A program made the translations under genes and the position numbers. Shown here piece by piece: positions 30,857-41,418 of a stretch of 64,000 nucleotides of DNA (its first letter is position 1; each line of letters opens with the position of its first letter). The notes beneath the pieces are model-generated. The model saw only the letters and a program-made list of their open reading frames with translations. It was not told where the DNA came from and did no database searches. Origin of the DNA: Nitrosopumilus sp. (GTDB lineage Archaea; Thermoproteota; Nitrososphaeria; Nitrososphaerales; Nitrosopumilaceae); NCBI GenBank assembly GCA_965203315.1, contig OZ241857.1:384001-448000 (forward strand), written 5' to 3'.

Positions 30857-32089
30857 TTATGATAATAGATCCTGCTTCAGAAGCGTATGTATTGGTACTA
30901 CGTCATTAAATTTCTCAACCATCTCGTGATCTCTTAATCTAGTCAAGGTTGAATTTCCATAGTCGTCTCTACTAGTTAGCAAAGCTTTGTCAATTGGTGC
31001 ATATTCTATGATATCAGGATTATTGGTGATGGCAATAATTTGTTTATCATCCGAGGCATAATCCATCAGATTAAATATTTTGCTCAGCAATCCAAGATGG
31101 AGACTATTCTCAAGTTCGTCAATTACGGCAAGCGATGAATCTTCAAAAAACATAAAGACTAGTAATGCAATAACATTTACTGTCCCATCTGAAACATATG
31201 GTGCAGGTATGTTTATGTCACTATGAAATTCTTTTAGCGCAAACTTTACTTTTCCATTATGGTGTTCTATAGAGACCCTTTCCAAAAACGGTAGTAAACT
31301 TTGTATGTGATTTAAAAATATTTCCGATTTTTCATCATCTTTTAGAATATTCTCCAAGATGCAAGACAGATTAGAACCATCATCTCTTAATAAAGAAAAT
31401 TTACTTGTAATTGTTGGAGTCTTTAACGCTTTTGGATCAAGATCACATATGGCTATTCCAGCGATAAATCCATACCAATTTGGAAGTATAAAATTAAGCA
31501 ATTGTCCATACGCCAACAATTCTTTTTCATCCCTCTGAAGATGTTTTAGCATCTCGAGTTGTTTGTAGTTGATGGTTTTTGTCTCATTATAAATATTATC
31601 AGAAATTACGATCTCTCCTTTGCTCTTTGAGATAAATATTTTATGAATATTTTTCTGCGAATCATTCTGATGATCGAGACAAATGATCACACGATCATCT
31701 GTTATGTCATAGTCCACACCTTGAGTAAATTTAATACAAAATCTGTAGATGATTTCTGTTGTTTTCATCTCAGTGGGCACTCTTCCAATTTTCATAATAG
31801 TCTCAGGGGTATCCGATAAGAAATGCATCTCAAAGGATAACAATGCATCTTTTGAATTAAAGTTGAGTACTTGTTCACGACCACCATGAATAGATAATGC
31901 TGAGGATAACCCTTTAGATATGATATCTTTAAAAAATGAAAAAATATTCTTAAAATTAGATTTTCCTGTTGCGTTTCGTCCAAGGATTATGTTGAATCTA
32001 TCAAGATCTATATCCACATCTTGGAAATTTTTAAAGTTGTGAACTCTGATCTTTCCTACATAAAAATTAGGTTTACTTGTGGCCAACAT
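30857..32089 (-). CDS. ABC-type ATPase of the AAA_21/AbiEii class
   Basis: NFKNF, GRNATGKSN, VSDGT, IDELENSLH. Confidence 0.85.
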   Translation of the reverse strand: MLATSKPNFYVGKIRVHNFKNFQDVDIDLDRFNIILGRNATGKSNFKNIFSFFKDIISKGLSSALSIHGGREQVLNFNSKDALLSFEMHFLSDTPETIMKIGRVPTEMKTTEIIYRFCIKFTQGVDYDITDDRVIICLDHQNDSQKNIHKIFISKSKGEIVISDNIYNETKTINYKQLEMLKHLQRDEKELLAYGQLLNFILPNWYGFIAGIAICDLDPKALKTPTITSKFSLLRDDGSNLSCILENILKDDEKSEIFLNHIQSLLPFLERVSIEHHNGKVKFALKEFHSDINIPAPYVSDGTVNVIALLVFMFFEDSSLAVIDELENSLHLGLLSKIFNLMDYASDDKQIIAITNNPDIIEYAPIDKALLTSRDDYGNSTLTRLRDHEMVEKFNDVVPIHTLLKQDLLS

Positions 32090-32236
32090 AGTATTTTTTA
32101 TAAATTTCCTTATATTCTTTTCAAAAGTCTACGATAGATGATTTTCAATCATATCTGTTGATATCAAGTGATCATGTAAATATTCTAGACTATTAATTTG
32201 GTACTCGACATATTGACAAATTAACGCCACTATGAA

Positions 32237-33961
32237 TTACCTAGATCGAACTTTGTCTTGTATCTGTGCTAGGATGAGCTCAGCCTTGTTTTTGTTCTCA
32301 AAGTTTTCGCTAGTCTCGTCAATAATCTCATCTATTTCATAACTCTTGTCGACCAGTACGTTTGCAACATGATCATCTAGTGTACCACTACCTATCAAAT
32401 AATATGCAAAGACAGTACTCTTTTGTCCAATACGATGTAATCGGTCTTCAGCCTGTCTGTGAATTGCAGGACTCCAATCTAGTTCTGCAAATACTACATA
32501 CTTTGCTCTAGTTAGGTTTATTCCAACGTTACCTGCACGCAAACCAGCAATCATCAGCTTTGTCTCACCTTGTTGAAACTTGTTTATGTTGGATTGTCGC
32601 ACTGTGTCTGTCTGTCCGCCTATTATTGATACTGGTGAAAACTCTGACAAACTATCGTGTAATAGTTTGTGCATGACTTTATGATGGCAAAAGACAACAA
32701 CACTCTCTTCAATCTCCATAATGTTTTGCACAAAGTTGATTATGTGTGGTAGCTTTGCGATACCAGCTATCTGTCGCTCACTCTGAATTGCGCGTTGGTA
32801 TGCAGCAGACTTTGAAAACTCACTCTTTGCTTCTTTTTGTGCACTCTCCAATGTGTCCCAAATTTTGGCCAACTCGTCTAGATAGTAATCGGTATTTGCT
32901 GCAATAACCTCTTTGTATCGAACTTTGTCTTTGAGTTCTTTTAAAACATCTGATTTCTTTCTTCGTAACATCACATGCTTTTGTAGTTCGTTACGAAGTG
33001 ATGCACGCCTATTCTCTAGCACTATTGCTTTTCCTTTAGAGTTTACATAGCAAAAGTACTCACAAAACTCTTTAAAACTTCCCAACAGTCCAGGTCGTAA
33101 AATATCTATGATTGGCCATATCTCAGAGCCTCGATTATATATGGGAGTTCCTGATAGACCTATTCTGTATCGAACAGTTGATAGTGCAGATAGTTTTTTG
33201 ACTGCCTTGTATTTCTGTGTGGTCTTGGAGCGGAGGTTATGAACCTCGTCACATACTATGCACTTTATTCCTGCTTTAGCAAGATCTGCATATCGTTTGA
33301 ACAACAACTCGTAGTTTATCAGATAGATATCAGTTTGTGGTAATGGACTAGACTTGCCGGTTCTAATTGTGGTCACGCTAGGTGACTCAGACTCTATGAT
33401 GCGACCGTTTCGACTCTTTCTCTTGAGAAACTTTCTTATCTCATTCTCCCAGTTGTTAAGAGTTACCAGCGGAGCCACTATCAGCATCGGAAATGACTGT
33501 TTCTCGGTTGCAGCGTACGCGAGTGTTTGGACAGTCTTTCCAAGACCCATCTCATCTGCAAGTAATGCATTGCCTGAAGATTTTAACAAGAAATCCAAGC
33601 CTTCTCTTTGAAAGTTTAACAACTTGCCTCTAAACTGTTCTCCCGCCTTTGCACGTTTCAGCTTTAGCCTTACAGCTGGAGCGGTAGTCTTTACATATGT
33701 ACTCTTTGTGATCTTTTTCTGCCACGCACTCTTTGATAGAATCTTGAGTGGGTATCTATCCATTATGAGTTTGATCTGTTTTATGTTCTCGTCACTGTCT
33801 GGGATGATTATCTCGTTGATGTTCTCACCATACCATGCCTCTGTGACTAGTCGAGACAGCATTGAGACAGCTCGATCTCCAGTAATCTTCCAACTCCAGA
33901 TCTTGGAGTATCTATCTAGAACATACTCTAGTGTACCAATGGTTTTGGTCATAGTCTTCAT
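32237..33961 (-). CDS. SNF2-family helicase
   Basis: LADEMGLGKT, CDEVH, LSGTP, GINLT, QAEDRLHRIGQ. Confidence 0.95.
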   Translation of the reverse strand: MKTMTKTIGTLEYVLDRYSKIWSWKITGDRAVSMLSRLVTEAWYGENINEIIIPDSDENIKQIKLIMDRYPLKILSKSAWQKKITKSTYVKTTAPAVRLKLKRAKAGEQFRGKLLNFQREGLDFLLKSSGNALLADEMGLGKTVQTLAYAATEKQSFPMLIVAPLVTLNNWENEIRKFLKRKSRNGRIIESESPSVTTIRTGKSSPLPQTDIYLINYELLFKRYADLAKAGIKCIVCDEVHNLRSKTTQKYKAVKKLSALSTVRYRIGLSGTPIYNRGSEIWPIIDILRPGLLGSFKEFCEYFCYVNSKGKAIVLENRRASLRNELQKHVMLRRKKSDVLKELKDKVRYKEVIAANTDYYLDELAKIWDTLESAQKEAKSEFSKSAAYQRAIQSERQIAGIAKLPHIINFVQNIMEIEESVVVFCHHKVMHKLLHDSLSEFSPVSIIGGQTDTVRQSNINKFQQGETKLMIAGLRAGNVGINLTRAKYVVFAELDWSPAIHRQAEDRLHRIGQKSTVFAYYLIGSGTLDDHVANVLVDKSYEIDEIIDETSENFENKNKAELILAQIQDKVRSR

Positions 33962-34618
33962 AATTTGGAATATGATATTTTCTTTGCTTTATGAATCTTG
34001 ACATTGTTCTTTAGAGGAGGGGTTGAGACATGCTGAGAAGACAAAACTAGGTCTGGATATCAAAGACTCGTCATGTTCAGTGTACGCTATATGATCTTTT
34101 GAATCATCTCAATGTTAACTAGTCGTCTTCCAGAGATAGAGTACATACACTAGTCTCGGTTCTAGTTAGTGAGTGTTTTGGTAAATTAATAGTTTTGGGT
34201 TTGCATAGACATTATGAACAGAATACCTAGTTATCGGTCTATTCATAGGACAGAGTTTAGAGGTTTAGGATAAGATACACAGATGGTAGAGCATCGATCG
34301 GCTGAGTCAAGCAGGATATCATAGAGCAATAGACCAAGACTACGAAATGAAACATCTCAACTGAAAAAGTGATGAGACAATAGCAAGTATCCAACTAGGA
34401 AGTGTTGATACCAAATCTGACAAGAACATCTGCAAACTATTCCAAGAAACGTTTGAGACTAAAGATGTGATGTTTGTACCAGCTACTGGATAGATTCTCA
34501 AATTCCAAAAGGCACTAGAACTCTCACACACAACTAGAGAGTTCTTTGTGCTGATCGTCCTTGTTGCATCCATGTAGTTATACATGTAAAGATTGAACTC
34601 AATCGCTGTCTACCTTTC

Positions 34619-35036
34619 TCAGATGCGACATGTCGACATACCGTGTTAAACATCACAAGCCTTGAGTACGTTCTGCCCGATTGTTTGCTGAATCTGCCCA
34701 CACGTGTCATGAATATGCATAGTTCATGTACTGCATCATCTGGATATGTCATCTGCTTGGACACTAGTTGCTTTTCTGCATCTATGGTCGCGAACATAAT
34801 GATTTTCCTAGTATGCGGTATCACAATTTGGCGTTAGCTGTTCTGCCAGAGGTAAATTCCGTCTCCGACCTCATATGCGAGAGTAAACAAGAAGACAATT
34901 CCTTTCGTGACTATAGTGTGACCATTTACTCTTGAGATACAAGAGTCTTGGATATGACTCTAGTTAACAAAGACTGTACAAGATAGAACATCACAAGTTG
35001 TCTTTTTAATACTTTATTCTTGATCCAATACCTTAC
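34619..35036 (-). pseudogene. Degenerate element, probable transposase relic; homologous to 11280-11563
   Basis: Direct sequence similarity; residual ORF 34534-34824 (IMFATIDAEKQLV) weakly recalls DDE strand motifs; ends approximate. Confidence 0.55.
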
Positions 35037-35083
35037 AATAATAACATACAAATCTTTAAAGAACTGTATTCCTCATACTGAAT

Positions 35084-35350
35084 ATGAGTATTGAGAGGAT
35101 TCAAGAAAATCTATCCAGGAAAGTTTTTCAACACACTAAAAGTCCAAGAAAAGCATCAAGCAGAGCAATGGGAACACTTTTAGAGATTATAACTTTCTAT
35201 ATGTTAAGAACTTGGAACTTTAGAGACTCAATATCTGTTGAAACTGCTGTTTCAGAATATGGATATAACCAAATTACGCACAATGTAGAGTATTCTTTAC
35301 ATCCGACAAGCACCACATACAACATCAAAACTAAAAGGTGGAATACTTAA
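35084..35350 (+). pseudogene. Truncated putative type II restriction endonuclease
   Basis: 88-aa ORF whose stop overlaps the methyltransferase ATG; too short for a full enzyme; call rests mainly on context. Confidence 0.45.
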
Positions 35351-36984
35351 TGACCGCGGGTCGACACATTAATTCATCTAAAAAAGATTGGGGCACTCCT
35401 GAAAAATATGTTACAGCTGTTCGTGAGGTGTTTAGAGGTACAATATGCCTTGATCCATGCTCAGATCGTTCAAGTATTGTTAATGCAGATAATGAATAGA
35501 TATCATGTATAATTCGTTATTCACATGAACGCTCTTTGTTGATTAAAATAACTTGTTGTATCGTAAATTACAGAAAAAATAACATGTACTCTGGCATTTA
35601 TTCAAATTAGAAATAACAAAGACGCCGCAAAATACGGCACGTTAGCACAAAGTTGTACTAAATCGTACAAAATTGTACACGATTGTACACAAATACACAG
35701 AAATCAAAAGAACGTGCGCAGTCTTGGGACCATATTCTGTATCAAATGTGTTTTGATGTCTAAATTTTACTTTTTTGTCCGAGCTTTTTTTCTGTGTTTG
35801 TGTCTTTCTCTATGTCGACGAAACTCTTCCAATTCTATCAAGCGTTTCGATGGTTTGTTGTTCTCCTTGTCCCATAATATATCGTGGTTGACAAGAGACG
35901 CTACTGCTGCGGTTTTGCGTTGAAACTGTGGTTTGGTACCTTCAAACTGATCATTCATGCAACCAAACTGTCTTAACATTCCAACGGAGTGTTCAACAAC
36001 TATACGAATTGCCGCAATCCATTGATTGTACTCTTTTTGTTCTTGCGTGAGTTCACCATTTTTCGGTTTCTTGTATGGAACATAGACACATGAGCCCAAC
36101 ATATCATCGTACAGTCCTACATATGCAGCATCTCCAAATTGCTCTGGTCTTTGATGGTATGGCGTATTTGGATCTAGTAGCTTTTCCCAGTACCCTGTGA
36201 AATCTTCAAACATTGATCGTAGTATGTTTATCTCTGATGTATCGGCATAGTACACCTTACTAATACACAGAATCAATTTGTCTTGATTTGTTAGGATCAC
36301 TTGACGATAGACGTGTTTCTTTGACTTGCCTGAATAAGCTGCTGTTTCATCCTTTGATTTTTTTGGTTTGTCTATCTCTGTCTCGAATCCATCCACGAAT
36401 ATTCTGCCACCTCTTTCGCCTGGTACCCATCTCTTGAACTCTCTAGTTGTTTTACAACTAGCGATCTTTTCAAATATGTTCTCTACCGAAGAACTATTGG
36501 TCTCTAAAAATTTCGATACGTATGCTAGATGTCGAGATACCGTACCTTGATCTAGATCAAACAAACCTCCGATCTTCCATTGTGATAGACCACACCTCAA
36601 ATACGCGATTATCATGAACAGATAATACTTGGACATGTATCTGCACACGTTTCCTTGTGTTACAAAGATATCTGAGAACTGTGGGGTTTTATTTGGATGT
36701 TCTTCTATATACTCTACAAACCGTTTGTGTAGGTCATCAAATCGCTCTTGTGGCATCCTAACGTACGTATAGAAGAGATTTGGTTTGCTCATTATTCTGT
36801 TCCAAAACTCTAACACGTGTTGCGTATCTCGTTTATTCGTTTTACGTTGAAGTGAACACATCCACATCGATTCTTCGATCTTTTGTCTGGCATGTGCAAA
36901 GTCGAGTTTCTCTTTCAACTCTTTGATTTCGGTCTTTAATTCTTTGATTTTAGTTCTCGATTCATCACGTTCACTAGTTACTTT

Positions 36985-38217
36985 CAGACATCGCAAATGT
37001 TCGTGTAAATTTTGGCATCTAGGGCGCAATCGGCTCAGGTAGGATCTCGATCAATGTTTGCGCAGTTTTAAGAAACAAGCTTTGGTACATCTTGTGAGAT
37101 GTGATACCTTCGACCAACAATACAAGATTGAATATAGTCCACAAGTTTAGCAACATTTGTGCAGACATGAACATGTAAGTTCTACACGGTGTTGATCTAC
37201 TGTGAGTTCTAACACGCATATTTCGAGTAAATTTGAATCCATTCTCAATCTCCCAACGATCCCGATATTTCTCTAGATCAATATTTGGATCATTTGTTGC
37301 AAATGCTCTATACTCTTCTGGGTCATCTCTGTCACGAGTTATTATGATGTAACATTCTGCTTGATCCTTGCTGTTCTTTATTACATATTTTGACACTCTA
37401 GCTCGTTCTCCTCGTTTGTATTCCTCTATTGCCTTTTTTATGCCAGAAGTGTTTACGCATGGCATCAGATATCTGTGTCTAGTTCCATTCAAGAATTTGA
37501 TCATAGCAACTGAATAAAACCCACGATCGGCAACAAACAGCGCTGGTCTTGTAGAGTTTATTTCGTAAAAATCCACAATTTTAGGCATAAAATCAGCATT
37601 TTTTCCCCTTTTTTGACTGAAAATGTAGATAAAACAAGTCTTGTGCCTGGGTTGACCAGCTGTGCAGAGATGTGTGTCTCAAATACAGTCGTACCGTCTT
37701 TCGCTCTACCCTTAATCAGATCTGGATTATCTTTATCATATCTTGAAAAACTCGTTCTGTCTACTCCGATGATAGGATGTCGCGGAAAGCGACCAAGCCG
37801 TTTTAGCCCTGACAGATGTTCCATCACGGCATACTTGAATATCTCATCTATCGGTTTCTCACACGTCTCTTCGATCCTCTTCCTAATCCATTCGCTTGTA
37901 GGTGCATAACCGTTACTATCTCTGATCAATCTGGAACGATCAGCAGGAGATTTGTTTGCTACTGATGCATCTATGATGAGCTTAAGTCCATCCCATTTTG
38001 CATATTTGGCATTGTGATAATTAGATACTTTGAATGGTATCTGATCCATAGCGTTTGTGAAAATATATCTACAAGTAGAACGGTTTCTAGATATTGCTTG
38101 TCTCGGCGAGTCTGATTGTTTGCGCATTAGATTCCTGAGACATGCAATCCTTATTGACTTTGTTTGATCGATATTTTTGATCTTTTGGTTAAATTATAGT
38201 TACTTTTGCGATGTCTG
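36985..38217 (-). mobile_element. ISH3-family insertion sequence
   Basis: TIR CAGACATCGCAAA(T/A)GT; 5-bp TSD ACTTT at 36980-36984 and 38218-38222. Confidence 0.9.
37019..38127 (-). pseudogene. ISH3 transposase in two frames
   Basis: IGVD, ADRGFYS, FATN, YRDRWEIENGF; frames join at the A6G4A6 run near 37600. Confidence 0.82.
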
Positions 38218-39273
38218 ACTTTGGCTAGTTTTCGTTCTAACGATTGTATCTTTTTGTTTTCTGCATCAGAGCATACTGTAACACTCTTCATAATGGCTAT
38301 TCTACACATTACCTATCTAAGCAACTAGGTCAGATTCTGTTTATAAGGAGGTAAACTAAATCTTACCGTTTGCTCCTGTGAAAACGAATTATACATGATA
38401 TCTAATACATACTGCCCATAGATGGTTTAAAAGAATCCTGGAACTTTCCCACCATATACATAAATCCACCTTACGGTATAGATAAAAAACGAAACACGAG
38501 AATTATACACTGGTTTCAGAAAGCAGTAGAATCACGAAAAGAGTACAAAAATGAGATAATAATGCTAGTACCTGTAGCTACAAACACCACGCACTGGAAA
38601 AAGTATGTGTTTGGTGAAGCAGATGTCATGTGTTTTTTGTATGACACGAGATTAAAGTTTTTGATTAATGGCAAGTCTGGCGGAAATGGAGCACCAATGT
38701 CGTGTGCCATGATATACTATGGTAATAATACCAAGCGATTCGTCAAAGTCTTTAAGCGATTTGGCGCTACTGTACACATACAGCATTTGAAGTGTAGATG
38801 ACGCAGTCAAAAATTATGAAAAACCAGATACAATACTTGCAGATTGTAGTAACTATAGTGGCACACAGTTCTATGTGTGTGAGGGGTCAAGAAAAAGAGT
38901 ATCTAAATTTGAGATGAGGTGGATAAAACTAGAAATCAAGTACATTCTTGCCCGAGCGTGACCCCCATAGATCAATGGTAATCTAGAACAGCTATTCGGT
39001 AAAGTTCAACACAAGTTGCCGGATTTGTTGCAATTATGTAGTGATTCAGAGACCTATTCGTATACAACTACAACTATGAATGACCACACATGTCTCTAAA
39101 GATCCCCGTGAACGACCAGCAGACGCATTTACCAGGAAACAACCCAAATTGTTGGTGGATAATCAAGAGATGAATCTCATGTCAAATGATTGGACATACT
39201 TTTCATATTCTCCATTTCATATTTCACAGAGAGATTGTGCTATAAAACATTCAATCGGACTAAGAATTTCAGA

Positions 39274-40173
39274 CTAGTTTGTAATCAGAGCTTCGATCAT
39301 CTTGTTTCGCAAACTCTCTGTAGAACCAATATGATAAAAGTGCTCATATTTGTGGATAGTGAATCTTGAAAAGTATTCTGCAATGTCATCGTTTCGTCTG
39401 TATGTGTTCTCGTACCATAGCGACAAGGCAAACCTACATTTGGTATTGTTGAGAAATTTGGCTAGATGTGCCATATCCGACTCGTCCCATGTGTCATAAT
39501 AGTTTGTATGCCTGCCATAGTATGGTGGATCGAGATAGATAAAGTCATCTGATTTTGTACGTTTTACAACTGTTTGCCAGTCTGTGACTTTGAACTGCCA
39601 GTCAACCTCTTGTAGTATGTCTTGAATATATTGTACCTGATTTGTTATCTTTGTTATGTAGGATTTTGAGAATCGACATGGTTTTTTACAGAATGGTGTA
39701 TTGAACTTGCCTTTAGAGTTGAATCTTATCAAACCATTAAAACCTGCCCGATTCAAGAACAAAAAGTCTAGTGGATCAATAGCACGTTTGTTGTGTTCAA
39801 TACTTTCAATCGCATCGTTGAATCGATCTCGAACATGATAATACCAGTCTGTATTCTCTTCTAAATTCTTACCTTCACGAGTTAGAAACTCTCTAACCAT
39901 ATCTGCAGTTATTGTACCGTTTTGAATTGCTTTGTAGAGGTTTATGATGTGTGGATTCACATCAGATACTAGAGCTCTCTTGGGCAGTATGTTGAACAGT
40001 ACAACACCAGAGCCTAGAAATGGCTCAATCCATCTACCTTTGCCAGACCACAATCTCTCTGATATGATTGTATCTGAGATAAACCTGACTAGCTTTGTCT
40101 TTATTCCTTGTGTCTTTATTGGTGGAACATGGATCTTTTGTAGAGTCTGGCTCAATATATGGTATTTAATCAA
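39274..40173 (-). CDS. Dam/D12-class N6-adenine methyltransferase, M.EcoRV-like, orphan
   Basis: VPPIKTQGIKTKLV, EPFLGSGVV, PLDFLFLNR, PFCKKP, DPPY.GRH, HFYHIG, EALITN closely follow M.EcoRV as I recall it. Confidence 0.9.
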   Translation of the reverse strand: MIKYHILSQTLQKIHVPPIKTQGIKTKLVRFISDTIISERLWSGKGRWIEPFLGSGVVLFNILPKRALVSDVNPHIINLYKAIQNGTITADMVREFLTREGKNLEENTDWYYHVRDRFNDAIESIEHNKRAIDPLDFLFLNRAGFNGLIRFNSKGKFNTPFCKKPCRFSKSYITKITNQVQYIQDILQEVDWQFKVTDWQTVVKRTKSDDFIYLDPPYYGRHTNYYDTWDESDMAHLAKFLNNTKCRFALSLWYENTYRRNDDIAEYFSRFTIHKYEHFYHIGSTESLRNKMIEALITN

Positions 40174-40676
40174 ATGAATTAATTAGTTTATTGCTCTGTA
40201 TATCTAGGTATAGTGAATCAAATCAAAATTTAATGAATTTACTAGAATGTTAAATCTTGGTTTTCGATAACAGTAAAACCCATCAAACGATCATGTCTAA
40301 ACGCTATGACAGTCCAACATATACAAAAATGAATCTCTCTGATTTACGTGGGAGTTTCACAAGGCTTTTTTCTAATTCCCTCTTATGGAATTTCATGGTG
40401 CTTTAACCATTAGTCTCATGTAAACCAAAGAGATCCGTAATAGTCAAACTCAACAGGATGTTGACGGTACAGATGGAAGCGATGTTTAATATTATCATCG
40501 ATAATATTTTGGGCACTACAAGCAACTGTACGTATGTTGTACTAGATTTCTGAGGACTCGAATTATACGGTAATGTTTCTAGATAATCTTGCAAAAGATA
40601 TCGATTACAATTTGTAAAGTACGTGATTGTGTTCCAAGGTGTGGAATATACCACGCGATAATATTTTTAAGGCAAT

Positions 40677-41333
40677 GTGTTTAGATGTTCTGTGGATTAT
40701 AAACCAAAATATGCAGTCAAGGTACTCCAAAACATAGTATCAAGAAGAGGTTCTGGAAGGATACTAACATTTAGCAGTCCACATGTGTACAAGGCACTTC
40801 AATTACTATCTGCAGAGAGATATGTGAGTAGAGCAACATTTGGTCAAGAGATTCATCTGGGAGGCGGAGCAGTAAAGACACTGATCTCGTATCTTCGGGA
40901 TGCAAATATTATACAGTCAACACGATCAGGCAGTTATCTGACACCACATGGTAAGGTGATCATATCAGCAGTACGCCGCATCTTGCCAAAAGAGTGTACA
41001 ATAGAAAAATGTACACTAGCACCAGAGAACTATAACCACGCCATAATCATAAAGAGATATGCAGACGAGATACGATTGGGCATAGAACAACGTGATTATG
41101 CAGTAAAATATGGGGCAACCAGTTGCTCGACACTGCTGTATATAGAATCCAAGTTTGTGTTCCCAAATGAGACCAAAGATTGCTTTGATACCGACGTGTC
41201 CACGAGGAACCACATGATATCAAAGTTATCACCAAAAGAGTCAGACATAGTTATAGTAGCATCTGCAGCAGATCCATTTGTGGCAGAGATTGCTGCTAAA
41301 AACTCGGCACTCTCGACAATATCAAAAGGTTGA
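40677..41333 (+). CDS. Archaeal winged-helix protein (DUF4443-like)
   Basis: HTH-like N-terminus (LGGGAVKTLI); GIEQRDYAVKYGA. Confidence 0.7.
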   Translation: MFRCSVDYKPKYAVKVLQNIVSRRGSGRILTFSSPHVYKALQLLSAERYVSRATFGQEIHLGGGAVKTLISYLRDANIIQSTRSGSYLTPHGKVIISAVRRILPKECTIEKCTLAPENYNHAIIIKRYADEIRLGIEQRDYAVKYGATSCSTLLYIESKFVFPNETKDCFDTDVSTRNHMISKLSPKESDIVIVASAADPFVAEIAAKNSALSTISKG

Positions 41334-41418
41334 GACGACATTGGTGATGTGTTGAATTCACCACTTACTAGTGAGCATAAACCACTCAAAATTAATATTG
41401 GAATTGGTGATACAGCTT

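Larger units (their letters stand above)
35767..38291 (-). pseudogene. DDE_Tnp_4-type transposase split by ISH3
   Basis: FVDGFE, YSGKSKKH, GDAAY, RIVVEHSVG; true N-terminus MKSVTVCSDAENKK at 38291 rejoins ..LAKVTSERDE after removing 36985-38217. Confidence 0.85.
35498..38403 (-). mobile_element. IS5-family (ISL2-like) element containing an ISH3 insertion
   Basis: Perfect 21-bp TIR AGATATCATGTATAATTCGTT; 3-bp TSD AAT. Confidence 0.88.
35350..38801 (+). pseudogene. N6-adenine DNA methyltransferase (phage-Dam/MunI-like) interrupted by a nested IS
   Basis: Removing 35498-38403 plus one AAT restores MTAGRH..DWGTP..LDPCS..ADNEYILPIDGL..INPPYG..HLKCR in frame. Confidence 0.88.

Noticed and set aside
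35498-38403. A single novel transposon encoding two transposases
   Set aside because: Internal CAG-type TIRs with an ACTTT duplication show a simple nested ISH3 insertion
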